A stretch of 62,585 bases of DNA, filler included, from Collodictyon triciliatum (Eukaryota): the NCBI GenBank assembly GCA_043381765.1. It is 8 parts of 8 records of this genome, joined end to end, with 100 filler letters (N's around TTAATTAATTAA, not from the genome) between each part and the next. Parts side by side here need not be neighbours in the genome. Positions count along the whole stretch, not along the records: positions 33,028 to 41,183 come from JBHJMP010003565.1; positions 41,284 to 49,438 come from JBHJMP010003566.1; positions 49,539 to 57,693 come from JBHJMP010003567.1; positions 57,794 to 62,585 come from JBHJMP010003613.1; 4 more parts are not named here. One strand, given 5' to 3'. The notes beneath the pieces are model-generated. The model saw only the letters and a program-made list of their open reading frames with translations, was not told the DNA's origin and made no database searches. Both the position numbers and the translations under genes were made by a program. Positions 37,669 to 57,943 of the stretch are shown piece by piece (positions within the stretch are counted from its first letter, which is position 1; each line of letters opens with the position of its first letter).

Positions 37669-39635
37669 ATTCAAAGAGTCAAGTTGAACGGATGAATATC
37701 TTCAGACTATAAGAATGGATAATGCATTATTTATGTTTTCAAGATTTAATTAATACTGTAGTTGCTAATTAAAAAATAAAGGAATATTTCTTCGGAGTCT
37801 GCAAAAATAATTTACAATATTCTTGCCGGTTCCGCTAATGCCTATGCTGAAGAAGTTATGCTGGTTTGTCGGCTGAAATATGTTCTCTGTTGAATACTAG
37901 ATATACATAAGTCAAGGATATTGAATTTGGAGTCGAATAGAATGAACGAATATAAGGAATCTGGTAGTAAAGGAGGGCAGGGTAGTCGCGTGCACTTTCG
38001 CCCCAGGGATAATTTGGCCTCCGATCAAATTGAAGTCAGAGTCCTTGGTAGTCGCACCTCTTAAAGGTTGCAACTATTCTCGACCCTATCGGTTGCATAT
38101 TGATGCGCCACAAATCCAGATTCCGTACGCTGCTGGCCTGAACCCCTGAACCGACACGTGCCACTGCTTTCAACCGAGATGCAACAACTACGGCGTATTG
38201 TAAATTTTTTTAAAAAACCTTCATTCACTTGTATCGAATAAAGGAAAATATGTATAAACGAGGGATTTATTTTTTTCCACCGATAGGCGAATCCCATGAA
38301 AAAGGTCAAGTTGATAAGAGAAAAGCAAACAGATCAAAAACCAACCTGAAAGTAAATTCAAGATCTAAGAGATGTTCTTAAAGTCTACGTTTGAAGGATC
38401 TCCATCGAAGTGATCTTACTGTGGGCAGAGCAACCAGAGATTCAATCGCCCCGAAGCTCCTAGAAAGCATCACAAACTGCATGAGATTGGAACAGAATTC
38501 ACTTAAAATTCTTAGAAACAGCAAAATGACAAATCAGCTAAAGCTTCAAAAAAATAAAAATAGAATCAAGGGATATTTCATACAGTGTGTATGCGTGGCC
38601 AACAATTCTTTGCAACAGAAAGGCTCGGAAATCCGGAAGATGCCAGCTCTCCTTGGCTTTCGAATATTTGTTATGATGATATGGGCCCTAAAACCTTTGC
38701 ATAATGGAGGAATAGTTAAATCTAATGTTATTTGGATATGTAAATAAGTTTTCATGTGTTTTGTGTTTTGGTCGGTTGGTGAATGACATAACCCAGGGAT
38801 TATGCTGGGCAAGACTAGAGCCAATCACATGAAGTTTTGCTGAAGGAACCCATCTTGGGCCCGTTCTTGTTTCTTTCATTTTATTTTTATTTGCCAGCTT
38901 TTGATAGACTACCCCATTCTTCTCGATCAAGTCTTCTGACTTTCTGACATAGGTAAAAGACTTGCTTAGGTATAAACCTCCGCTTTTTTTAATAGAAAAT
39001 AAAGGTATGTTTTCATGTTGTATTCAGTTTGCTTGACCTTATGTTGATCGGTGGTTTTTATTTGTGTTTTGTTAAAAATAATTGGAGTCCAAGCAAAAGG
39101 GATTCAATAGATCAGTTGTGTTGTGCTGGTCTTTGGCTTTTGTTCTTGGCTGTCTGTGTGTTTTCGTTGGTGGAAATGTGCTTGTTGAGTGATCTGCTAT
39201 ATACACAGGTGAGCCGGTTTGTTTTTTAAAGGCTCGAAACAAAGTTATTGTGTCGCATATAATGTGGTACTTATTTTTTATAATGAAGGAGAGAGACATA
39301 GGTAAATTTTGTTTTCTTATAAGAAATTTTAGTCGAGCAGAGAAATCCAAAGCAATCCACCATAGCAAAAATCATAGGAAAAGTGATGGACGGAGCGAAG
39401 GGGAAAAAATGGGGCTAGTGTCTTGGTTATCTGAATAAGCGGGTTTGTAATTGTCTTGAAAGTAAAAATAGCCTGGAATATATATTGTTTTCTAATACTG
39501 CAACCCAATCCATCTCTTCCATCACATTATCAACTCTTGGTTGATTCTTTTTTTTTTCTGTAACGGCCTATGAACAGAGGGGAATATTACAACTGCAAAT
39601 AATAAAATGTGTACCTATGGAAGGTATATTAAAAT

Positions 39636-39738
39636 TAACATTAACATTAACATTAACATTAACATTAACATTAACATTAACATTAACATTAACATTAACA
39701 TTAACATTAACATTAACATTAACATTAACATTAACATT
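39636..39738. repeat. (TTAACA)n microsatellite
   Basis: Direct inspection. Confidence 0.95.
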
Positions 39739-40963
39739 CATATATCAAGACAAAAGCACCAGAACATTGCATTGTATTAGTTGAAGAAAAAAGCACACTG
39801 TGCGCAACAAATGGCCCACATATCGACCTTATCCAATCAGATATCTGATGGAAAGGGATGCAGTCCGTGACCTAAAAAACCAGTAAATCAAAGCACTTTG
39901 ATACATTTCACTGCTTATTGTTGCTCTTGAAAGCACTGCAGGCGCATATCGCTATTGAAATCCAAAGTCTAGTTTACTAGCTTGTTAACTTCTTTTCTTT
40001 TCTTTCTTTTCTTCAATAGTATATTGATCAAACACATCGCCAAAGATGAATACTGTTTCTTTGAATATTTTTTTTGAAAAGGCTGATATTTGATGCGGGT
40101 TAAGTGACACGCACCACCTTTCGAGTATCTTTATTGACTCATTATAGCGGCTTACAAAACCCAACACAAAGCAAAAGGTTTATGCTATAATATTACTTTT
40201 TTTTTAACTTTTCAAAAGAAATATATGATATTATTGGATATTCTGTAAAAATAATAACTTATTAGACCACTGCTAGAAATCTCTTTTTTGTAAGTTACTG
40301 ATCTCAAACTGTCGTTAAGGTCAATGTGGCAAATTGATTTTTTTCCTTTCATATTTTTTTTAAAGAAAGGGTTTTATTATTATCCTACAGCCCGCCCTAG
40401 TTGTTGCGCCTTGGTTGAAAGCACGAACGTGTTTTGGATTCACATGCAGGTCGGTGTAGTATAGAAACAAAATTCATGACTCATCTAAATATATATCTAT
40501 TGTGGGTCGAGCCTCTACATATAATCCTTAAAAGCTGTAACTACCAAAGCCCTGACTTGGATTCAATCCGAGGCCTAGCTTCCGGCTAAGTCCAAATGAT
40601 GCAGCCGATTTAAATCAGACAATGAATGCGCAACCAGTAGACGCAACATGTGAAAGTCGCAAATTTTATTTAAAAAAAAGGACTTTCAATTTGGATATAG
40701 TGCTATATTGCAATTTCTTGTATCGTTATTTGATTGTATGCCTTTAGCCTGTGATAAATATATGTATATGAACTATGCTGACTCAATACAACCCATTTCC
40801 TGAGTAAACTCATTCCACCATTTGATGCAATGCTCTGTTTAAATGCATCGTTCAAAGAATACATCCCGTTCGTAATTTATTTTTCCACGAAGCCGAAGTC
40901 AAAGCCAATTTACTTTGCTAATAAACCCATCTTACTGGGACCATTCTTTGCCATTTCATTTTG

Positions 40964-41183
40964 TTTATTTTTCTTTGCGTGTGGCGATGGAGTTCCTGTC
41001 TCTAAGGTGCCAGCCATCGTTTGCACTAACGCTACCTGGTGGCCGGGTGGCGGAAGTAGTCGGTAATCAGCAATTGCATCCTGCGGTTTGGCCTGTAGCC
41101 TGGGTCTTGTGCTTGCATGAGAGATACAAGGCGAGGTTTAATATCTTTCTCAGCTTCTTTCCACATGTCTCTTCTCACAGGGT
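40964..41183 (-). mobile_element. LINE ORF2 C-terminal copy cut by the contig end; different 3' tail (subfamily)
   Basis: Reverse complement matches 15332-15505; open frame PVRRDMWKEAEKDIKPRLVSLMQAQDPGYRPNRRMQLLITDYF. Confidence 0.85.
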
Positions 41184-41283
41184 NNNNNNNNNNNNNNNNN
41201 NNNNNNNNNNNNNNNNNNNNNNNNNNNTTAATTAATTAANNNNNNNNNNNNNNNNNNNNNNNNNNNNNNNNNNNNNNNNNNNN
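41184..41283. other. Artificial contig spacer
   Basis: 44 N + TTAATTAATTAA + 44 N. Confidence 0.98.
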
Positions 41284-41337
41284 AAAAGAAAAAAAAGAAA
41301 AAAAAGAAAAAAGAGAAAAAAAAGAAAAAAAAAAAAA

Positions 41338-41378
<41 letters not shown>

Positions 41379-41462
41379 AAATCAACTGCAGCTTTACTTA
41401 AGATTTCAATCGTTTTGTTTAAACAAGCAAAAAGAAAAAAGGTTTACAAAGATATTTACATT

Positions 41463-48814
<7,352 letters not shown>

Positions 48815-48919
48815 GAGAGAAGAGAGGGAAGGAAAGTATAATATGGAGTGTATGAATGAGCTTCATTTTACTTTATATTTTACCTTCTTTATTTAGAGTT
48901 ATATTTTATAGTAGTATAT

Positions 48920-49075
48920 ATCATTTTAATTCATTACATTTTAATTCATTATATTTTAATTCACTTTATTTTAATTCACTTTATTTTAATTCACTATATT
49001 TTAATTCACTTTATTTTAATTCGCTTTATATTAATTCACTTTATTTTAGTTCACTTTATTTTAATTTACTTTTAT
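48920..49075. repeat. 15-bp minisatellite (TATTTTAATTCACTT)n upstream of the C2 gene
   Basis: Direct inspection; imperfect units. Confidence 0.9.
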
Positions 49076-49329
49076 TCGGCCTATCTTCGTTCTGGAAAGG
49101 AAAGCCACTTTTTTATGTCACTACGTAAAGATAGGTGTATTGCAAACCTGTGACACAGAGCGTCTGAGCCATTCTATCGAGGTTAGATCTTGTCTCTCAA
49201 CTATTATTTGCTGCGAAATCTTCAATTATGTTAACAATTTTCGTGAATATCACAGAGTTCGACAGGGTTTTGTATTGTTGAATTATAAACTGGTTTTGGC
49301 TCTTTTATTTATTTAGCAATCTTTTCTTA

Positions 49330-49438
49330 TTTTTTGGTTTTATTGGTTTTATTGGTTTTATTGGTTTTATTGGTTTTATTGGTTTTATTGGTTTTATTGG
49401 TTTTATTGGTTTTATTGGTTTTATTGGTTTTATTGGTT
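49330..49438. repeat. (TTTTATTGG)n at contig end
   Basis: Direct inspection. Confidence 0.95.
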
Positions 49439-49538
49439 NNNNNNNNNNNNNNNNNNNNNNNNNNNNNNNNNNNNNNNNNNNNTTAATTAATTAANNNNNN
49501 NNNNNNNNNNNNNNNNNNNNNNNNNNNNNNNNNNNNNN
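49439..49538. other. Artificial contig spacer
   Basis: 44 N + TTAATTAATTAA + 44 N. Confidence 0.98.
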
Positions 49539-49980
49539 TTCTTTTTTTCTTTTTTTCTTTTTTTCTTTTTTTCTTTTTTTCTTTTTTTCTTTTTTTCTTT
49601 TTTTCTTTTTTCTCTATCCTGCGACTGGATCTGATCCGACAGTTTTGATTTTGCTGCGCTAAAGTTCGAAATTTTATCAGAATTCCTGATTCGTTACTTT
49701 TTCCTCAGGACGTTGTAAAGATTACTAAATTTTCAACTTATGGTGTTGATTAAAACCTTAAACTAAAAAAACTAATAATAATAATAATATCATGAAAACA
49801 TATATTTATATTGAGGAATCTTGCATTGAGTTGTTCTGGCAAATTGAAACAGGTATCTTTCGCGCTTAAACCGCGGCATCACAAACACAGATGTAACTAC
49901 AATCATCTTGATGAAAGCATATCACTTTACGTCGTCAGTTTGTTTGTTCGTTTATTCTAAAGGAGTGTTGGACGATTTTA

Positions 49981-52042
49981 TTACTTATCCTTTTTGTAAT
50001 CCAGCCCGGCCAGCCCATGCTCCATCAAACGTTCCTCTCGCTGCTCATGCTCCTCTTCGGTCATCTCGTCGATGTCGTCGTCATGATTGCTCGCATTACC
50101 CTTTCTTACGTGTCTCTTTCGAATGCTAACTGAAGGCTTCGGTGGGTGCAGTTTTTTCTCACGCACAGCCTCAAATAGATTTCGTACACTCGGGTCATTC
50201 TGCATCAAATCAGCGATTATATCGTCTCCACTGGGCCCCGATAATCTCCCTGAAATGAAACCAAACATAAACACTAGAACGATGACCAGTGCAGCCGTAG
50301 AAGCTGGGAACCAAGCCGCGTAGTTCTATGATTTGGTTGTTTTTTTTTTTTAAAAAAAAAAAAAAGGTTTTGAATAATCTCCCCGATGTCACTTTTTGGG
50401 AGGATATATTTGAGATACGACCATTTGGGCATCGGGGAGATGAATCGCCCCCTTTAATAGCATCTAACCCACGGAAAAGGGTCACCCAAAGTACATCTAT
50501 TCACTCTTTTGAAGTATTCATAACAGCAGTATTCATAAAGTAAAACATTGTATTCGACACTCACTAAGGTTGGCTCGATCACACTTTTCAACCAATTTTG
50601 GAGTTTTGAAATCCTGCATGAAAAATAATCATGCTAAATGCAACGAGTCACGGGATCTTCATTAAACTTGATTATATCGCATATATGCATTCAAGAATCG
50701 AAATGGTGAATAAGAATACAATGTGTATGTTCTTGATAGTGATTTGTGATGCGAAGCTACTAAAAACAAACAGTTGCACTTTCAGAGATGGTGGTGGGAC
50801 ATAGCCTTCCTTGGGAAGGGGAATGCTTTTGCCTGGATTCTGTTTTTTTGCAAACTCTGCAATTGCATCTGAATCTCTTGCTCCGGTATATTCGTACATC
50901 TGCGCTCCCTCAATGAGGAATATTGTTGGGTATCCTATCAACTCGAAGGATGCACATGTTTCTGTCAGTGCGCATAGAATAGAAAATTAGTTTTATGCAT
51001 TTATAAGAGCACTTAAACTTTAATTGACATTTTCCTATTTCTGATTAAATGATGGTATATATGGACGGGTAAAATCCATCAAAATATTTAAGATATACGC
51101 AGTGAAAAATGGAATATTCCATAGATTGGTTAAAAGTCTAAATATCTTGTTATGTATCATACTTTTATTTTGGGTGCAGTCTATTTCAGAAACCATCACC
51201 CCAAAACCGACCTTTTTGGGTAGCTATGAAAGAATACTTGAGCCATTTGTGATCAAATTGTAACATGACGAATTTAACTATCATATTCATCTTGTTTTTT
51301 TATCTTGCACGTATTCCTTTCATTCAGGGTACTAGAACCGCTGAAGAGAAATCTATATCTTATTCCATGGATTATGCTAATCACTTTGAATTTTATTATT
51401 TTCGATTCGAACTTCAAGGAATGATCGTAATATATTCTAGGTATAGTCTCTTTACGAACATTTACATTTGTTTAACATATCTTCTTTTTAAATGAATGTA
51501 TAAAAAAAAACTATCAAATGTATATAAGGGAGTATCAGGAATGAAGTCTCATATATGGTCATTAACGCTCACCTCCTCATATATCGGAGCCAGATTTTTG
51601 CAATGCTCACACCATGGGGCGTAGAACTTGACAAGGAGACGACCATTCGTTTTTGCCTGAATCTCAACCTAAACAAGGACCATTCTTAATCTCACAAACG
51701 GTCCTGACAGCCCCTTTGTGGGGGGGGGGGGGGGGCAACTCAGGCCACTGCAACGCCTTAGTACATTCCCAGCATTTCAGAAGAAAATAGTGTCTTTTAT
51801 CGTGTTGGATATTATATAAACAGTATGCACAGGAGAAAGAGATAACAAAGTAACTAGTGACTGCCAATAAATAAATAAAACATATCATAAGAGAGACCGC
51901 ATACATGATTGTAAAAGTCTGCATCCGTGAGAGAGTACACGCGGAGCCCTGTGGAAGAAGCAGCCAAATCAACCGCGAGTAAAAAGAACCCAACAAGGAG
52001 CATCGCTGGAAGAATCAACGATCGGCTTTTGACTCCCATCAT
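49981..52042 (-). CDS. ER thioredoxin-related transmembrane protein (TMX/PDI family); multi-exon
   Basis: Signal peptide; [21 protein letters not shown] (WCEHC at 51600-51614); [42 protein letters not shown]-terminal KKDK dilysine retrieval signal. Confidence 0.88.
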
Positions 52043-52236
52043 TTGTTTTCTTTCGGCCTCCTCTGGGCTGCCTCTTTGTGACGAGGGTTATGTCAGTATG
52101 TTTTGAAAGATTAGGGCGGTCTGCCTCCGCGTTGAGTTGGCTCGGCTGTTATTTCCGTCGTTGCTTTAACAAGCGTAATATTGGGAAAAAGAAAAAAAAA
52201 ACAAGTCCGGGAGAGTTCCTATGCCTTTTTGAGTTG

Positions 52237-52373
52237 GTATTGTATTGTATTGTATTGTATTGTTGGTTGTTGGTTGCATTGTATTGTATTGTATTGTATT
52301 GTATTGTATTGTATTGTATTGTATTGTATTGTATTGTATTGTATTGTATTGTATTGTATTGTATTGTATTGTA
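52237..52373. repeat. (GTATT)n microsatellite
   Basis: Direct inspection. Confidence 0.95.
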
Positions 52374-52536
52374 GTTTATGGATAGACAGCTTTGGGAGAG
52401 AACTCTTTCTGTTGATGAGCTTTCAACATGGACTATGTTTGGTCTCTTGTATCTACTCGTTTGGGCGGAAGAGGTTGGGCAAAGTGGTGGAGTTTGTTCG
52501 GTGCGCCATGGCTATGGTTTTTTCATCTGCTGAAAC

Positions 52537-53574
52537 CTAGACGTCCTCTTCGCCATCATCGCCCCCGTGAACGTCGTACTCCTTCAGTAACTTGCGAAGT
52601 TTGAAGGTAACATATGACACAGGAAATGAATACACAAACAGGATGATCAACAGCACAGAACTTGTTCCGATTCGGGCTTCGGTCCTCTCACGCGGCTATG
52701 CGGTGCGGTGAGATGCAATGTGATGAATTACTGTGCTTTTGTGTTTCGTGTTTTGTTTTTCGCATCAAGAAAAAATCAGCATACATCTATACTCAAGTCA
52801 TCTCCAGTCTCCCTTAATGACTGGTGGGCGTTTCCCAACCAAGATGCAAACGCAATCATTACGAAGAACGAAGATGTCATGGTCGCAAAAATTGGTGTTG
52901 TTCTCTGTGTTAAATACCAGAGCAGTATTAAAAACAAAATCGATGATATGTCTGCTACTTATACATGCCCCTTTTTTTACTTTTTTTTGTTGTTGTCAAT
53001 ATTGTTGTTTTTTGTTGTTTCTTTTTCTTTTTCTTTTTCTTTTTCTTTTTCTTTTTCTTTTTCTTTTTCTTTTTCTTTTTCTTTTTCTTTTTCTTTTTCT
53101 TTTTCTTTTTCTTTTTCTTGTTTTCTTTTCCAGAAAACAAACTGGAAGGGCAAAAAAAACTGAATCCGCACTGGGTGTGGCCCATAGAGAAAAGAGCACA
53201 GCAGCAAAGCAATACGATTGTGTATAAAGTCTTTGACAAACCCGCATGTAGATGAGCAGCGCGGCGATAAGATAGGACATAACGGAAAGGAAGGCAAAGG
53301 TGAAAACCACAGCTCCGCTATCCCGTATTGTGTCGCACTCAAGCCCTTGAACTTGCCCGCGGTAGTTTTTGCAGTCGTCGTAGTCGAAACTGACTGATCC
53401 GTCTTCCAAACGAGCCTTGTTGAATCCAAAAGTGATGAGAAGCTTACCCTCTGGATTTACCTCAAGTCTTGAGTAGTTGTCCACCCCAAGAGCTGATATA
53501 TTGAGGACGACCGCACCAAAGACGAGGCCAATAGTAATCTCAGTCATGGAGAAGAAGGCCGGAGGTGACACCAT
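52537..53574 (-). CDS. Four-TM protein of the claudin/PMP22/amastin-like superfamily; three exons
   Basis: TM1 ITIGLVFGAVVLNISALG; loop with two Cys (DDCKNY..LECDTIR); TM2 AVVFTFAFLSVMSYLIAALLIY; TM3 IFATMTSSFFVMIAFASW; TM4 GTSSVLLIILFVYSFPVSYVTF; TAG at 52537-52539. Confidence 0.55.
53017..53118. repeat. (TTTTTC)n intronic microsatellite
   Basis: Direct inspection. Confidence 0.95.
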
Positions 53575-53917
53575 GATGAATTATATCCTGCATATGTTTC
53601 AATCTAGGTTGTTTGAGGCGAAAAAAAAAAATATGCTTCGTTGTTATTTTATTTCATAGCTATTTTTTCTAGAGGTGGACTAGGCAAACTGCTGGTAGAA
53701 GGTCGTGCGGGCTGATTACCCACTCGATCTCAACGACAGAAATATTCCCTTAGCTGTTATATTTTCCATATTTGATCAACTATTCTGGAAACTATATTCT
53801 CTGTTTTGTATACTGGCATAGGTTTCAGGTAGAAGAAACCACAGAGTGATAAAAGAAATGTGTGTGCTACATCCATCGTAGTATTTCCATATACAATTCT
53901 TATTTCTCCTCACCGTT

Positions 53918-53968
53918 TTTTTTTTTTATTTATTCTTCCTTTCAACTTTTGTGCAGGACCGAGGGGGG
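53918..53968 (-). mobile_element. 51-bp LINE 3'-terminal insertion with perfect 17-bp TSD
   Basis: Reverse complement cccccctcggtcctgcacaaaagttgaaaggaagaataaat(A)n; TATTTCTCCTCACCGTT at 53901-53917 and 53969-53985. Confidence 0.9.
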
Positions 53969-54048
53969 TATTTCTCCTCACCGTTATGTGTGATGTGTGT
54001 TTTTATGCTCGCGTAGGATTTTCGGTTGGTGGTCGTTTATTCTTGCCT

Positions 54049-57000
54049 TCAAGAGCGCACAGCAACCCAAACAACACGCCCATTGGCGGCAGATTTGAGG
54101 CGGCTGTTGGAAAAGCCGTTCTTGGGCGCAACAAACTTGTAGCCCGAAGGGCAGGAGACCTTAAAAAAAGAGAGAAAAGAATCATAAGGTTTGAAGATTT
54201 AGAATAAGATAGTAATTGGAAAAGAAAAGAAAAAGACTGCGCAAATAGCTACTAAAAGCAACATATATAAGGCCGAATATATTGCCAAGGGGATCTGTAA
54301 GTTTTTATAAAACATAATAGTTCCATAAAAAAAAAAAAAACATGAAAAAGTATATGCTCTCCAGTAAGATAGAACACATGTCGTGGCCAAATGCCCAATT
54401 ACATACCCGATCAAAGGTGCTCCCAGAGCTGGACAGAGTCCATGTATTCGGGTCGTTCTGGCTGACACATGCAGCTTGATAGGTAGAACTGCAACTTGTG
54501 CTCGCCCATCGGCCATTTGATTTCATGGTGGTGCACGAGTTTGTCAGCGAGGGCTCATCTAACGCGCAGATTCAGAACAAGTTGGAGTTCAATTCAGCAA
54601 ACGGTAAAAAGCATAAGACAAGAAAGAGAAATTAATCAGATGAACACAGAGAAGGAAACGAAAGGTGACGATGTAGGGGAACGTCAAGTTTGACCATGTA
54701 AATTTTACTCACTGCGGTCCCAACTCCAGATATAATGCTGGATGTAATCGTGTTGCACTTGGTCCATGGCAATAAAGTTAGCACCGCACGCTAAGTATAT
54801 GTTAATTGTTCAACTTATTGTTTGAATGAATACTTTTAAAGAAAAAACACAAAATAAATAGTATATACCAGCGAAGTTTTGCATGTCAGTTGTAGAGAGT
54901 TTTGAGTTTGGGTTGGGTTGTGACACTGGGCCTTTGGCAATCGAAGTATCCAATGCGCGAATGAATTGAGAACCAAGCAGGAAGCGACCATTCACGGTGC
55001 ATTGTGGATATGGAACAAAGGCATCTCTGTAGTTTTTATGGGTGGGAAAAAATGGGGAGAATATTATTTTGGAGTGGTTCCACTGGTTCATTTTTTTTTC
55101 TTAATTTCGTTCGGCATTTTGATAACAAGTTGCTAAACGCGTAGATGATCCATGCGTTCTTTATCGGCAAATTGTTGTATAATGATTTCAAGAAATTCGG
55201 GTCAACCGTACTTTCCAAACTGTGCGCCACTCCACAATGGCGGAGTAAAAACGGCCTCTGCGGCTGCAGGAATTGAATTCCAATAGTCTGCATTATTTTC
55301 CGCGAGAACTAAAGCACGCGTAATGGAAAAAATTAGACTGTCCATCAAATGTTTGTAGACAATATAGGCTTTTCGGGAGATAAAGATAAGTGTGATAGAA
55401 TCAACTAGATAGCCATGATTATTTCTATAATAAACAGACCTCGCTTCCCAAGACCAAAGAGTTCGTTCAAGGATGGCCAGCGATTGGGGAAGTAATAGTT
55501 CTTGTCGGCCTTTGTGAAGAGGGTGGAGCCGAAGGTTTGAAAGAGGGCGTTTATTGCCCACATCACTTTCTCGGAGTCTCCGACGACTATGAAAAGCAGA
55601 ATATAAAAAAAACCATCGCTATGTGCTATAATACTCGCTATCTACAGTCATCTTAAAGAAAATATCTTTGGTGTAGCAAACAACAGGAAAATTGACAATC
55701 CTTTTTTAAGCGGAATCATGTTCTTTTTTTTAAAAAAAAAAATAGAGAAAAATTAAATACATTTGGTGTCGAAGTAAATAAAGATGAATTCTTTGCTGTT
55801 CTGGGGAAGGTTGAGCCAGTCTTTGATTTGAGTCAGTGCCGTCTCAAGTCTATCAGTATTTGGACTGTAACATCCCAAATTTTCTGGGTCCCAAACAGGA
55901 CGAGGGCGACCCAGTTTGTCAGATGCCTCGTTCACGGCACTGGTGAAGCGTGGATCAGCTGTTGGCATCGAGCAAACGTCAAAGTGACAGCATTAGATCT
56001 TTATTGATTAGATATTCGATATAAATACTGCCACCTATGTTTCAAATGTTAAATAAAAAAATTATGAAGAAAAATATCTATGGAAAATACCTCCGGGGTC
56101 GTGGCACAATGAGATGTAGTTTCGGCCAGGAACCCTATCATGGTGCAAAGGAGAATGAGTATCAGATATCATGCAATGCCTAGTTCTTCAATGTGAGAGT
56201 GGGGTTGGAGAATTATCTAGTCTGAAACAGAGGACGAGAAGGAACGAAAAAGGACGTAGATACGAAATCTTACCACCAAATATCAAGCTCAAAATGTCGG
56301 ATGCCCATATTCATCATGTCCGTCAGACTGTATCTACACGATTTTAATGATGTTAACAGCGCATTTTCGAATTCTATAGGAATTTCTCTCAACATTCATA
56401 TATGGGCCTTGCATAGAATATGCTTTGCTTATACCTTTGGTTTACCAGGACCACAGAATTGTCTGTATACTTGGCATCCACAAAAAGTTTGTGCGTAAAC
56501 TCTTCCTCTACTCCGACACCAGTCCACTTATAAGGAAATTTTATGAGTGAAGGATAAAGGCTCATTGTGAGTATTTTAAATCAACCTTTCCATGAAACAA
56601 AAAAATTAACCTCAAAAATAAATCGTGATATTTTTCAATCTTATATCCAATTTGTGCAAGATGACAAGTAGGTATAAAGCAATGTATATATTTGACTCTC
56701 TTTTAAAGACCTGCGACTGATACCCATTGTGTGTACCAGGAATTTCAAGAGTCAATATAGACTCATCTGCCTTGATTTGGCGCTGGAAGCGAAGTGCTTG
56801 GTCCGCCCACTTATCAATCTGGACTGTCCCCTGCACATGTTCAAGAAAAAGAAATTAATTGCTATTTCTGACTTTTCTCTCTAACACGACAGAAAATCTT
56901 GTCTGCAGCTTTGTTTAATTACAGACAATGGTGTTTCAAACGGGATTATCTCACAAAGAGTTGCACATAATATTGCAAATGAATATAAAAGTCTCGTCAA

Positions 57001-57358
57001 TAAGTATGTTTTTGAACGTACATTAAGAGGACTGGCAAAATTATACTACTAGAAATTTTTCTTTAAAAAAAACGTCATCTTAGAGGGATAGAAACTTAAA
57101 CGAAGAAATATACGTGCAAAAGAAGCGTAGCAAGATATAGGAGGGAAAACATCGTTTCTGCAAGAACAGAGAGGAAAGAAGTAAGAGAAAATTGACTGAA
57201 CACTATACCGGTTTGCACACGCTGTCGCACATTTCTCCGTTGCACTTAGTCTCGCGCTGGCAGGTCGCTCGATCAGGTGCCTGAGAAGAAGAGGCCATGT
57301 GCACGCACAGAGCACTCACAAAAAGGACAAGGACAAGCACAATAGCCGACGGTCTCAT
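54049..57358 (-). CDS. Secreted PI-PLC X-type (PLC-like phosphodiesterase) protein with C-terminal C-type-lectin-like region (Rv2075c-like architecture); multi-exon
   Basis: Signal peptide MRPSAIVLVLVLFVSALCV; ALRFQRQI..IPGTHNGY; NQ|RYSLTDMMNMGIRHFELDIW; ISLCH; ALTQIKDWL..EFIFIYFD; CGANFIAMDQ..IWSWD; GRWASTSC..AAC..W; SCPSGYKFVAPKNGFSNSRL..VVWV. Confidence 0.78.
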
Positions 57359-57476
57359 CCTGCAACACAACCAGTAAGTGAGATTCTTGTTTGTTGATGA
57401 ATCTTTCCAAAGCCGCATGTTCTTCGAGCGTCACCCACAAATGCAATGAAGCTAACAAACTCGGAATCGGGTTCCT

Positions 57477-57642
57477 TTTTGTTTTGTTTTGTTTTGTTTT
57501 GTTTTGTTTTGTTTTGTTTTGTTTTGTTTTGTTTTGTTTTGTTTTGTTTTGTTTTGTTTTGATTTGTTTTTTGTTCCTTTTTGTTTTGTTCCTTTTTGTT
57601 TTGTTTTTTTTTGTTTTGTTTTGTTTTTTTGTTTTGTTTTTT

Positions 57643-57693
<51 letters not shown>
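57477..57693. repeat. (GTTTT)n grading to poly(T) at contig end
   Basis: Direct inspection. Confidence 0.95.
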
Positions 57694-57793
57694 NNNNNNN
57701 NNNNNNNNNNNNNNNNNNNNNNNNNNNNNNNNNNNNNTTAATTAATTAANNNNNNNNNNNNNNNNNNNNNNNNNNNNNNNNNNNNNNNNNNNN
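57694..57793. other. Artificial contig spacer
   Basis: 44 N + TTAATTAATTAA + 44 N. Confidence 0.98.
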
Positions 57794-57943
57794 TTTATGT
57801 TTTATGTTTTATGTTTTATGTTTTATGTTTTATGTTTTATGTTTTTATGTTTTTATGTTTTTATGTTTTTGGTTTTTGGTTTTTGGTTTTTTCCCTTTTG
57901 TTTCAGTCATTATTCTCGTAGGTAAAAAGAAAAGAGATCGCCC

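Noticed and set aside
39636-39738. (TTAACA)n and other tandem arrays as telomeric repeats or CRISPR arrays
   Set aside because: There is no G-rich telomeric unit and no unique spacers; these are simple internal microsatellites.
40540-40600. Two small hairpins (cttggat..atccgag; tagc..gcta)
   Set aside because: They are short, single copy in the window and have no recognisable ncRNA motif; chance cannot be excluded.
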